Below are positions 40,201 to 52,026 of a stretch of DNA of 64,000 nt, piece by piece. Position 1 is the stretch's first letter. Every line of letters begins with the position of its first letter. The position numbers and the translations under genes are program-made. A model generated the notes under the pieces. The model worked only from the letters and a program-made list of their open reading frames with translations. It did not search any database and was not told the DNA's origin. The DNA comes from Auanema rhodensis (lineage: Eukaryota > Animalia > Nematoda), in the NCBI GenBank assembly GCA_964057225.1, contig OZ059896.1, positions 13,454,001-13,518,000 on the forward strand, given 5' to 3'.

Positions 40201-40953
40201 ATGAAGATTGTTACTATTTCCTCTGCTATAATCTTAATATCCTTGTGGCAAGCTGGAAAAGCTCAAAACTGCGAAGCAGCTTCAAACTGTAAAAATCCAC
40301 TTAAGAATGTTGTTGACAATATTAAGTGTCATCTATCAACTGCATTTAATGACAGAGGAATTGAAACTGTAGGATTCAACTGAACTTATGATTTATCAAT
40401 AAACCACTGATTGTTGCAGATTATTGGAAAAGTTGGATCACAGTTGTGCCAAGGAAAAACATTCAAAGACATCGCTAGTGGTCCGTCTCACGTTATTGAT
40501 TTGATTTCTTAAAACTTCTTTTTAAGGATTCGTATCAATAGCTTCCTCAGCTGTTGATTTGTCAACAGTTGGTAAACTTATGGGTGTTATGGGAAAATAT
40601 GACAAATGCCTAAAAGGAGCTGGACTTACACAGAAAGAAGCAGCTAGCCTAATTGGACAATGCGTGACTAGCACTTTTAGCAGTGATATCAAGAAAGTTG
40701 AATCAAAGTTGAAGGGGATGAAGGACTGTCAGCCAAACAAAATCAAAGATGCAGCTGCAGCCGAACTATGCCCATTGTTAAAAACATCTAATCTTCAAAA
40801 GGTTTATAACTTCATATACATTGTTTAATTTTTATTTTAGGTGATTGATGGCGTGAAGAAAGCTCATGGAAAAGCAGGATTTCAATGTGCTGTAGATATT
40901 CTTGATCCAACCATCATTCTTATGACTCAATACAAAGGAGTTAAGAAATCTAA
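40201..40953 (+). CDS. Secreted cysteine- and lysine-rich helical protein of unknown function (about 205 aa)
   Basis: Signal peptide MKIVTISSAIILISLWQAGKA, four in-frame exons, several spaced cysteines, stop at 40951-40953. Confidence 0.75.
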
Positions 40954-41086
40954 TTAAATTACTCAAAAAATGATTATTTAATATAATTATTAGATTATTA
41001 TAATTATTATTATCATTAAAGATTAGAAAAGTAAAACAAATAAATCATTTGATTGTTTAAGTATACGTTTTATCATCTTATTCAAC

Positions 41087-42554
41087 ATGCTACCATCTCT
41101 TCTAAGAGATATCTATTGTCCACCATATGATTTGAATGAAAAATGGTCTCCAATATGCTTCTATGTACTTGGATTTATAACATTACCATTAAATATATTT
41201 GTTTCTTATATTATTATTTATAAATCAACATCATCAATGAAGGGATATCGTTGGTTTTTACTTGGAAATCATATTGCTATCTCTCTTAATGATTTTCATA
41301 CATCATTTCTCAATGTAAATTCATGAAAGATTTCAATTTTTGTAATTGATTAGCATTGTATTTGTATAATTTCAGGCTGCAGAAATCTTTTTTCCATTTT
41401 CTATTAGTATATGTCATGGTTTAATACCGATATATAATAAATATCCTTTATATCAAGCATCTATTCAATATACTTTAGTTGCTGCAGTTTTAGCTTCATT
41501 ATATCTTCTCTTCTATTATCGTTGGAATGCATTATTACCTGAGGGTCATAAGTTGAAACTTAGTACACAAGCTACAAAGTTTGTTTTTATTTTTGTTTCA
41601 TCTAAATATAAATAAAAACAATCAAAATCACAACCGTTCACTAACTGGTTCTAAATCAAAATGAACTTCATTTACGTATAGCTGATATGAAACATTGAGA
41701 AGATTAGCATAATTGTGACGTCAAATTATAGATTTTACGCCATCTTTACTTATTTTTGGATAATCATTCCTGTCTGTGTATTAAACTTCAGACATGCTAT
41801 TAAACATGATAATGAGAAGGCTAAACTACGTTATATGGTATGAAAATAGAATAATTAATGTAAAATCAAAATATTTATTTTCGAACTATTCATGTGTGTT
41901 ACCATTAATGAATTTACCAACATTAGGTATTTCAATACCAGAAGATAATCAATATATTATGCTTGTATATGCTGTTCAAATACTTATTGGTAAGAAGTTA
42001 TGCTTGAAAATGGAATTGATTCATCTCTTCTCTATAGGAATCTGTCTTGTGCTTATCAAGCATTGGCATATTATTTGGATTTTTAACGGAAATACAAGTG
42101 TGTTATCACATGAAACAAGAAAATTACAAATAAAATTAATAATTAGATTAATGATTCAAGTGATCAATGATTTTTTTATTATAGTTATGTATAATATATA
42201 AGAATTATAGGTATCAATACCAGGTATTTGTATTGTTTTTCCAGCTCTTTTCATATTATATATCTCTCTTTATGATATATTTGGATATCAAAGTAGAAAA
42301 GATGTTCATCTTAACATCAAAAATCATGTTTTTTCTTTTGAAGGATATGGAGAATTTTTTTATTTTTGTTTATGTTGTCATGGATTACTTAATACTATAT
42401 GTATGATGCTTGTTAATGATTCATATAGAAAATACTTTTTAAAGAAAATGGGATGTCGACGTAAATTTCTTTTCAAAAATATTAATTTTTCATTTATCTT
42501 TTAGCTAATGTTATCTTTACAAATTCTCCATCACAAAGGTCATCAAGTCATTGA
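41087..42554 (+). CDS. Serpentine chemoreceptor, Srh/Sri (Str superfamily); one acceptor lacks AG, so possibly a pseudogene
   Basis: Seven hydrophobic segments with motifs IIYKSTSSMKGYRWFLL, FYYRWNAL, LSHETRKLQIKL..RLMIQV.IP and CCHGLLNTICMMLVNDSYR. Confidence 0.8.
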
Positions 42555-42990
42555 ACTTCGAACAGAAGATTTTGATGTTTTGATAGTCAGATGTTGTAGA
42601 TGATATGCTATATGTAAGCTTAATAGATTAACTATAGATTTTCTAATGTAGGTATCTTATCCATAATCTTTTATTAAGTCCTCTCTTTTCATTTCTTTTC
42701 ATTTTCATTGATTTTCTTTTCATTTTTTTAATTTTTCTCATTGTGTATATCCTTCTCTATCTATATCTATAACTATACATTTCTCATTTCTTCTTCCTAT
42801 CATATATTTATTATTATTTGAGTATATATAAGAAGAAGAAGAAGTTATATTAATTATAACAAAAAAAAAGGTAGTTATTATTATTATTTTAAATTAATTT
42901 ATAATTTTATTTTAGAAAAATAATTGTATTTTGTATATGTTTAATTAAAACTATATAATTAAATAATAATAAAGTTACGTTGTTATAAAT

Positions 42991-43488
42991 ATGGTCAAAG
43001 TATCACAAACTCGTCGATATCCTAAACGGAAGCAATATGCCAATATGAGTTGGAAGGAAAAATGGATTGTATTCAAACATAATAGAAGGAAACCAGGTAA
43101 TTTGAATTAATTATTATATAAAGAATAGAGAATAATAATACTTATTATCACTATTATTGTTATTAGGATGTTGGGAATTATTCTTTTATGGCTTAGTTTT
43201 GAATATTTTTGGAGCAATTATGCTATTGCTTAAAGCACAATTGGATAAAGATGTTATTGAATTAACTATACAGAAGAGATTAATAGAAGCTGGTATGCTA
43301 TTTAATCTTCATACATCATATAATTAATTTTTTACTTTTTTAGGTATTAACTTTAATACAACTGAAGTTGATACGGAGCCAATGGTTGAGCCTAATTCAG
43401 TCATTATGGTTTTCATGACGATGGCAGGAAGAATGGCTAACGTCGTTGGAACAATGAAAATGTACAAAGTTCGTGGAATAACTCTCTT

Positions 43489-43537
<49 letters not shown>

Positions 43538-43713
43538 TTTAAAAAATAGTACTTTATTACCAATATGTTCACCTTTCAATATTGCAGGCTATGGGCCGAT
43601 GGTTTTCAGAGAGAAAACGCAAAAAGTTCCGAAACACAACGGAACGTCTTCAGAACGGCGAAACAGAAGCAGAATGCACGGAGCTATTATCAGAATTCTG
43701 TTTGATTTGCTAA
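42991..43713 (+). CDS. Small membrane protein of unknown function with basic N-terminus and C-terminal CLIC
   Basis: Four exons join in frame: MVKVSQTRRYPKRK.../GCWELFFYGLVLNIFGAIMLLL.../GINFN...VIMVFMTMAGRMANVVGTMKMYK/AMGRW...EFCLIC-stop. AATAAA follows the stop. Confidence 0.6.
43482..43536. repeat. Intronic (CT)n microsatellite
   Basis: Seen directly; explains the spurious ERERER/REREE ORFs. Confidence 0.95.
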
Positions 43714-44342
43714 ATAAAAAAATAATTGTTTATCTGTTAGAAATCAAAAAAAAAAAAAAGAAAGAAGATATATATTTATAATTATATACTGTAAAATATA
43801 TGACCTTTTTCTATATAATAGAATATTATAAACTATACAAAAGAACTTTTATATTAAATATATAAAAATTTATAATATATGTATTTTCAAACGGATAATA
43901 AATGCAAAGTAATCGGGTTGAGTCTGGTCTTATGACGATAGCAAAACTGTATTTACATCTGTTGCTTAGTTAGTTAGTTCGTTCTATTCCATCATCATGC
44001 AACCTGACACCTAAACGTTTGTCTTTTTGATCAAAATTTTCTATACAATATTACCTTTTAGCCTTCATATTAATTCTTATTTCTTTCTTTTTTTTGATGA
44101 ATTTGAAGATTACTTATAAGCTTCTAATCATTCTTCTCACCTACTCATGTAAACAGTTCAGTTCATCTTGTAGCAATAATCAAAAACAAACCAAAGTTTT
44201 ACTTTTATTTTCGTATCATTTTTCTAAAAATGAATTTATTTTTTCAATTTTATATTAAATAATTGAAAAATTTTTTTTAAGGTTTTTTCAATTGGATTAT
44301 TTGATTAATTTCTTTGATTAGTATCATCATCCACATGTAACA

Positions 44343-46581
44343 ATGGGAATTAAAAAAGATCTTTTACTTGTTTTAACTATTGAATCTGTAGTACTTGGAG
44401 TAGTTCTTGGTTTTGTAATCCGACCATTCAATCCTAGGTAATTTCTTTAAATATTTATTATTATTATATGTATGTATAATATAATTTTTAGTAATGATAC
44501 TATTAGTCTTATTGGATTTCCGGGTGAAATATTCATGCAGATAGTTGAAATGATGATTCTGCCGTTAATCATATCTTCAGTTATATCTGGTATTTTAATT
44601 TAATTTTTAATTTTTTTCTATTTTAATTTTTACAGCTTTGGCTCAAGTTCGAGCAAAAGATGCTCGAAGAATTGGAATAGTTACTGTCATCTATTACATG
44701 ACAACAACATTCCTGTCAACTTTTGTAATAATTTAAATATTAAATATATTAATTATACATATATAAATTAATTATAGACAGGAATAATTCTTGTAAAATC
44801 AATTCATCCAGGAGATCCTGATATGATTCATTCATTAGGTAGTGGTACACTAGAAAATACAGCTTTATCAACTTTGGATACATTTCTTGATCAAATAAGG
44901 TAAAATTTATTATTTTCTACATTTCTTTATTTTTTTATTTTCAAGAAATATGTTCCCAGAAAATATTATTCAAGCAACATTTCAACAAGTTCAAACTTAT
45001 TATGTTCCTAAAAAAACTTGGCATATTCAAAATGCTAATGGAACTTTAACTAATAGTACTATGATATCTCAAAAACCTCAACTTATGTATACAAATGAGA
45101 TGAATGTGCTTGGTATATGATATGGCTTTGAAAGCATTGTTTGATTCATATCATTCAGGTCTCATCGTCTTCTGCAGTGGGTTTGGAGTTATTCTTAGTG
45201 TTTTGGGTGATCAAGCTCGTCTCATGATCAACTTTTTTATTGTTTTGGATGCTATTATCATGAGATGGATCTCAGCATTGATGTGGTGATTTTGCTTCTT
45301 CAATATGGTTTTATCTTTATTGAATTATTCATTAGGTGTTATCCAATTGGAATTTTATCTTTAGTTTGTAAAAATATCATTGATATTGATAATCTTACTG
45401 AAACAGCTCAAGGTATTATAACATATTAAACTTACAACTTGAATACCATTTTCCAGCTTTGGCTATGTATGTAGTTACAGTCATTTGTGGTTTAATGATT
45501 CATTCTCTTTTAACTTTACCATTACTTTATTTTATGGTAACTAGAAAAAGTCCATTTGCATATATGACTGGTATGCTTCAAGCATTAGCTACAGCTTTTG
45601 GAACAGCATCAAGGTTCAGCATCAAACAACCTTATTTACAAACTTTCTTGTTAACTGACTTTTAGTGGAGCAACATTGCCTGTTACTTTTCGAGCACTTG
45701 AAGAGAATCTTAAGATAGATCGAAGAGTAACACGTTTTGTATTACCATTAGGAGCAACAATTACTATGGTAAACACTTGTTGCTCAATGTTGTTACATGC
45801 TTTTATTAGGATGGAACTGCTCTATATGAAGCTGTTGCTGTTATATTCATTGCTCAATTACACAATATTGAATTATCATTATTAGATCTCTTAACTATTA
45901 GGTTTGATATAGTTAATTTACATGCTCATAACATATAGCTTAGTGTTACCACAACAGTTGCTTCAATTGGGTCTGGATCTGTACCAGCTGGTCTAGATAC
46001 CATTCTCATAGTTTTAACAACTGTTGGATTACCAGCTAAAGATTTAAGTTTACTTCTCACAGTTGATTGGCTATTGTATGTATTTCTTTTTTGTTTTTTG
46101 AAAACCTAAAAGTTTGAAGAGATCGCATTCGTACATCAGTTAATGTACTTGGTGATGGTTTTGGAGCTGGAATCATTCATCACTTAACAAAGGATTCCCT
46201 AGTTGAAGCTGATACAGAAGAACTTATTAGACAGATTCGGGAAGATATTCGTAAAATTTCTATTCATTTTATTTTCAATTAAAGTTTTCGATTTCAGATA
46301 TTCTTAATAGTCCTGGAGGTGGTACCCCATTCCATGCAAATGGCACACGAAGTATGTCTGATGCTACTCGTTTACCATTACACGTAAGACGAATGATACA
46401 ACATGGGAATTGCTAAGCTTAAATGACTTTACAGATGGCTGATGTAGATCCTGGAGCACTCTCTATTCATAGTGTTCCAGCTGCTATTCCTTCAGCCCCT
46501 GCTAGACAAGGCCGAACATCATTCGCTCCCGGAGTTGAAGATGAAAGAAAAAGCCTTTTAGATGCAACATTTACAGTTTGA
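44343..46581 (+). CDS. glt-3: SLC1/EAAT glutamate transporter
   Basis: N-terminus [57 protein letters not shown] closely matches recalled GLT-3. Also contains TASS, ITMDG and [17 protein letters not shown] motifs. Confidence 0.85.
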
Positions 46582-47212
46582 GATGTAATCCAACAGTAAA
46601 TCCCACGGACCAAATGCTCAAACTCGTTATTTTACTTGTACCTATTCACTAATATTGTGAAATAATTGAAAAAAAGAAGAAGAAGAAGAAAAAAAAACAA
46701 TAGAAATAACATTCCCTCTCTCTTTCTCATCCCTCTCATAGTTTGATGTTATGCAACTGTAATGGAAATCTAATTTATCAATTTCATTCAAGTTTTTATT
46801 GAATTACAGTATTCAACGCCAAATGTTTTTATGTTAGATGAATTAGTATTAAACTTTGATCATTCATTTAAAATCAAAGTTGCTAGGCAGCAGTTAATTG
46901 ATTAACAAATGGTGTGAGAAGATTTTTTTAAAATAAATAATTGAATAAACAATTTAATTTATATGGAAAATATAATTTATATTAATTATTCTATTCTATT
47001 TATATATAAATATAAAACATGTACAATACATTCTATTAACATAAAAATGCAACCGATTACGTAATATTGAGGATTTAAAATGATTTTTATACAGTTATAA
47101 CTTTAAAAATAAATATTTATTATCCTAAAATACTAAAATCTAAACATTGAAATTTCTATTTGAAACACCATCACAAATTCTTTTTTTTGTAAAATTTATA
47201 ATTGAGTTGATC

Positions 47213-50200
47213 TTATTGAAGAAGATTTTTCATATCTAACATTGATTCATGTAAAGCATTTTTAAATAAAATTAAATTTGTTCTTTCATTGGATTTAAAT
47301 GCTGATGGAGCAAAAATAACATATGAATCTTGTAAGTTATATGCACATCCATAACCATCTTTAACAACAGCTCCATAACAAAGATATGTATCTTTGATAT
47401 CTGGTGATGTTGTAACCTGAAATGATCAATCAAAAATCAAATGATTATCTTCTATTAGCATACTTGACTTGTTGATAATGGAAATCTCATTAGATCATTC
47501 CATAATGGATCCATGAACATCTTAGGTAAAGCTTTTGATTCATCTTGTCGAGCTAATACATATAAAGCACATAAGTGATTATCTATGCCAAATCCAGAAA
47601 TATTCTAAAAACATTTTGTTATCAAAACCTTTGAAATCACTAACTTCAATTGTAACTGTTGCTTGTTTAACAGCAGCTTTTCGTAGTAAATCAATCTTCT
47701 TTTCCTAAAAATTATAAAATGATTTGATTTTCTTGAATATAACTTTATACTTTTGAAATGTCTTTACAAGTCATAGCTGTTACCCATTCTAAAGCTTCTT
47801 GAGTATTTGCTCGAATGTTATCAACTCTTCCAGAACCGAAACGTCGAAGCGAAGCGGATTCATAAGTTGAAACCAAATATCCATGAGCTCTGAATATCGT
47901 ACAATTAAAACTTCAATTTCAAACGAATTCACTTGAAATGAGCAAGCTGCATCGCAAGTTGAATAAATCCATCTGGACTGATTCCACATTTCTTCATGAA
48001 AGATCGTCCAAAATCATTAAATTCTAAAACTTCTAAATCCAAATCATTTGAAAGTCTGCAATAAACATAAAAATTATAATTAAAAAGATAATAATATAGT
48101 CAAACTCATTGAATATTTGTCTTTGTTCATCAATTAGATTTAGTTCTTCCGAACCAACATGCCATGTTAATGGCTTTGGTTGAAAGTTTCGTTCTTTATG
48201 TGATATCTATAATCATTTATTACAATAATATAAATACAAAATTGTTTCTTACTAGTTTACGATTCCAATTTTCATTCAAATATTTCAAAGCACTTTCAGC
48301 CATGTTGATGATTACAATGCCTTCAGCAACAGAATGCTCAATACATAAACCACTTGTACCATTTGAACTGACAATAAACTGAGAAAGTAGCTTTTACTTT
48401 TTTGAATAAATGAATATTCAAACTTGAATTGTAGAATCAAACCATCTATTGAATCCGAAATTGGAACTTCCATTGCCAGTCAAAAGATATTTTCCACGTT
48501 CAGCTAATGACATTGTCTTTGCTTTACTTTCATTTATATTAAAATTATTATTTAGTTCTCCATCTCTGTCTAAACAAACAACAAACAAAGCATTCTTTAT
48601 CCATGATAGAGACAGAGCATTTGTTTCAACTGAAATATATGTTTATTTTAAAGCTTGTTAAGGTTATAAACCTTCTTTCATTCTCTGCCAGAATTGGGCT
48701 GCTATTGATCTAGTGCCAGCAGTGATTCCTCCAACCGGAACGGCTAAACCTTTACGAAGCTCCGATTTTTTGACGACCTCTTCCAATTGATAGTTAATAT
48801 CAGCAAATGGTAAAAGCTCTCCCATCCATCTAGTGAACACCACAAAAGCCTTCAAAACATCATTTTTAAAAGAAATTCTCATAAAGAACATTTAATATAC
48901 CTGATTGTGTGACATAACTATCACATGTTCAGTTCCGTGATTCATTTTTGGTTTACGAATTTGATTATCTTCGGGAATACCTGGTTCACTACAAAAGTTC
49001 AAGTTGTTGTTTCAGGTTGAAAACTCCATTTACCGATAGCAGCTCAAAATTCGTTCATATTGATCCATACACATACGAACTTTTTCTTTTCCAGTTGAAA
49101 TTTCTCTTTCAATATCTTTTCTTCAAATAATATTTTATTATTATAACTATATCAAATAATATTATAATAATACTTACTTATCAATTTTATCTTTATAATC
49201 AACAATTCCACGTATGATTAATGCTGCATATCTAATCATATCTTCAGGTTTATCCCATACTTTTTGAGGAAAAATGTAGGCTGGATTTGAATTTACCGGT
49301 AATGGTAACGAAACTCTTAGATACATTTCTGGTAACCAGAATCGATTCACCTGCAAAGATGTAAAGTTTTTTGTATTTTTGATGGAAAATAAACCCAATT
49401 TGTATCCTGTTTCGCTATATCCTCTAGCATTGTTTGATATTTTTGTCCCACACGTCGAAAATCTTCGATAGCTTCATGAGTGCCATGTAAAGATCTTTAA
49501 GAATTAATTAGAAAAATTTTAAAAATTAAAAACAAACTTTGATTGACCTGCTGCTATAACAGCAGCATATTCAAGATAGCGGTCAAGAGTATCATTCAAT
49601 GCTGGTACAGGAGGTTTTGGCAGCTTTTTCTAAAATTCAAATATAGCAAGAAGAAGCTTGTGAGAAACATATACAAATGGCAACTATATAAATCAAGCTA
49701 TTGACAACATACATAAGCTTCATACAGACAAATTGATGAAATACTAGACGACGTGAACAAACGAAAAGCTGAAGAGAATGCGACGAATAGAGGAAGAAGA
49801 AGAACTGCACCATGACCATTACAACACCAATTTTTTTTTAAAACCATGAATGGAAAAGGTAGAGATTACCTTTACCGTCTTGACATCAGAAGCAATATAT
49901 TGACATCGAATCTTATTTGTCAATAAAAATAATTGACGTCCAATAGTTGTAAACATAATGAAAATGTGGATCTGGAGACGAGATGAATATTCGTACAGCA
50001 AGCCGTCCACCACAAATAATTTGCTGATGAAGATTACGATTGGAAGTTAATTCATTTACTTTCCACAGGTTTTTTCTCGTTTTCTTGGGTTTTTGTGACA
50101 CAGAGGCTAATAGTCACTCTGGTCCTTGTCAGCAGATGGTTTTTCTATGGTGACAAAGGATGATGTGAGCAGCACGGCAGTTAAGGCGTTGGAGAGCAAG

Positions 50201-50360
50201 CTTCGGAAGGGGGTAGAGGGTGGGTAAAGAGACAGGAATGGACAATAGTGTAGAAGCTTTGTCTTTCATGCTCTCATCTTTTCTCTTTATTTCATTTCAC
50301 TTTCTTTTTCCCTTATTCTCCTCCTCCCCCCTCTCTCTCTCCTCATAGATACGTATACGT

Positions 50361-50426
<66 letters not shown>

Positions 50427-51307
50427 CTATCTCTATCTCTCGCCCTTTTTTGTTTATAACTCTCAATCTCTTTTAATATATCTTGATGTTTCATCCTTTT
50501 TTAACTGTAAAATTGTTGAATTAGTCAAATATTCCTACTATATTTCTCTAAAACTCTTGGAAAGCTTGTATGAAAGTATGTATATATGTAATTGCATCTC
50601 GTGATTTCAGAGCATTTGTTGATCTTCAATACTTCCTCAATCTTTTGACAATTTTAATGATATTATCGATATTCTATTATATATTCTGGACATGTTGTTT
50701 CAATTTTTTATAAAAAAAATTAAAAATTTCTCCAAATAAAAATTTTTTTGTTTTGTTTTCATTCAAAATATTTAAAAAATTCAATCGAACAAATAGGGTA
50801 TGGAATGCCTGGAAGATAGATAGAAGAGAATCTGGAGAAACGATGAAAGCTGAGGTTAATTAGAATAGATTAACTGGACGACAAGAGCGGTGCTTGATAA
50901 TACAAGTCCTAATGGGTGCCACTTCTAGGAATTCCTTTGGGACCTTGGGTATAGCACCTTTTGCCTCTTATCTTCACTCCCCAGCTTATTCAATTCTCAA
51001 TTAATTATCCTTTTATATAGTTAAAGTTAGAATGAATAAAGATTCTTTCTTATACTTAAAGTTTTGATACTTTTTCCTTAAGAAAGTTAAAAGAAAAATA
51101 AAAGTTTTGAAAGCCCATTAGGGGAATTAAAATGTTGTCCAGATGGAGTCATTAACTTCTTGAAGCTCATGAAGATAACATGGACGTTCAGTTAACTACA
51201 CTACTACTCGTATTGTATAATATTCTTTTCTTTCCAATAATTACTTCCACAAGAAGATGATAATGGGTCATATATAATACGTCTTCAATGTTCTTCATCA
51301 TCAACAT
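47213..51307 (-). CDS. cha-1: Choline O-acetyltransferase; first coding exon uncertain (ATG at 51307 or 49956)
   Basis: [42 protein letters not shown], catalytic [37 protein letters not shown] and LSTSQ motifs. Lies downstream of unc-17 on the same strand, the conserved cholinergic locus layout. Confidence 0.92.
50366..50441. repeat. (CT)n/(CTAT) microsatellite in cha-1 intron
   Basis: Seen directly. Confidence 0.95.
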
Positions 51308-51733
51308 TCTCGTCCTACATCACGCTACAGCTTATGCTTCTACTGAACTGCATCTGCCTTATCTACTGTACCTCAGCAAAATCTGAAATCACAATAACAC
51401 AACCACAATCACAATCACAGTAAAATAAAATTTGTGTAGTGTATGTGTATATTATATTCATATAGTTAAATATTATATTAACTAACCTCATACCAAACGT
51501 TATCATGATTTTCACTATACATCTTATCTTATATGAGATTTTCTAAAATTTCTTTTCTTCTTATATGTTAATATAATATATTTATATTTTAAACTAAAAT
51601 TTTATTCTTCTGCACATAGTTCAAATAAAAAATAAATTTGTTTTTTTTTATGTTTTTCTTTGTTTTATAAAAAGAAAAAACTATAATTTCTATTTATTAA
51701 TCATGAATCTAAATGATTTGTTTATTATTAATT

Positions 51734-51760
51734 CCATCTTCTTCTCCATCTACTTCTTCT
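51734..51760 (-). promoter_or_regulatory. Downstream arm of a complementary pair flanking unc-17
   Basis: CCATCTTCTTCT-CCA-TCTACTTCTTCT is the reverse complement of 55030-55053 (12+12 bp, with a 3-nt bulge). Confidence 0.65.
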
Positions 51761-52026
51761 GTTTTACCGGATTATAATCATTAAATAGAGATCAAGGGTT
51801 AAAGAATTTCAAACGATAATAAGAGAGAAAGAAAGAATGGGAGAGATGGAGTGAGAGTGAGAGGAGTGTGAGTGAGATAATAGATTTTTTAAATGAACTA
51901 ATTTTAAAATTTGAAGCACATCTAAGCATAAATTATAAGAATAAATAGATATTTAATACAATAATTATCATTTTCTTTGCTTTCATAAGAGAAAATTCAC
52001 AGTATTCTGGTGTATCACATCAGTGA

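Noticed and set aside
43324-43579. ERERER/REREE ORFs
   Set aside because: Translations of the intronic CT microsatellite on the antisense strand.
49734-49772. TGATGA...CTGA in cha-1 intron
   Set aside because: Too short, and antisense to the host gene.
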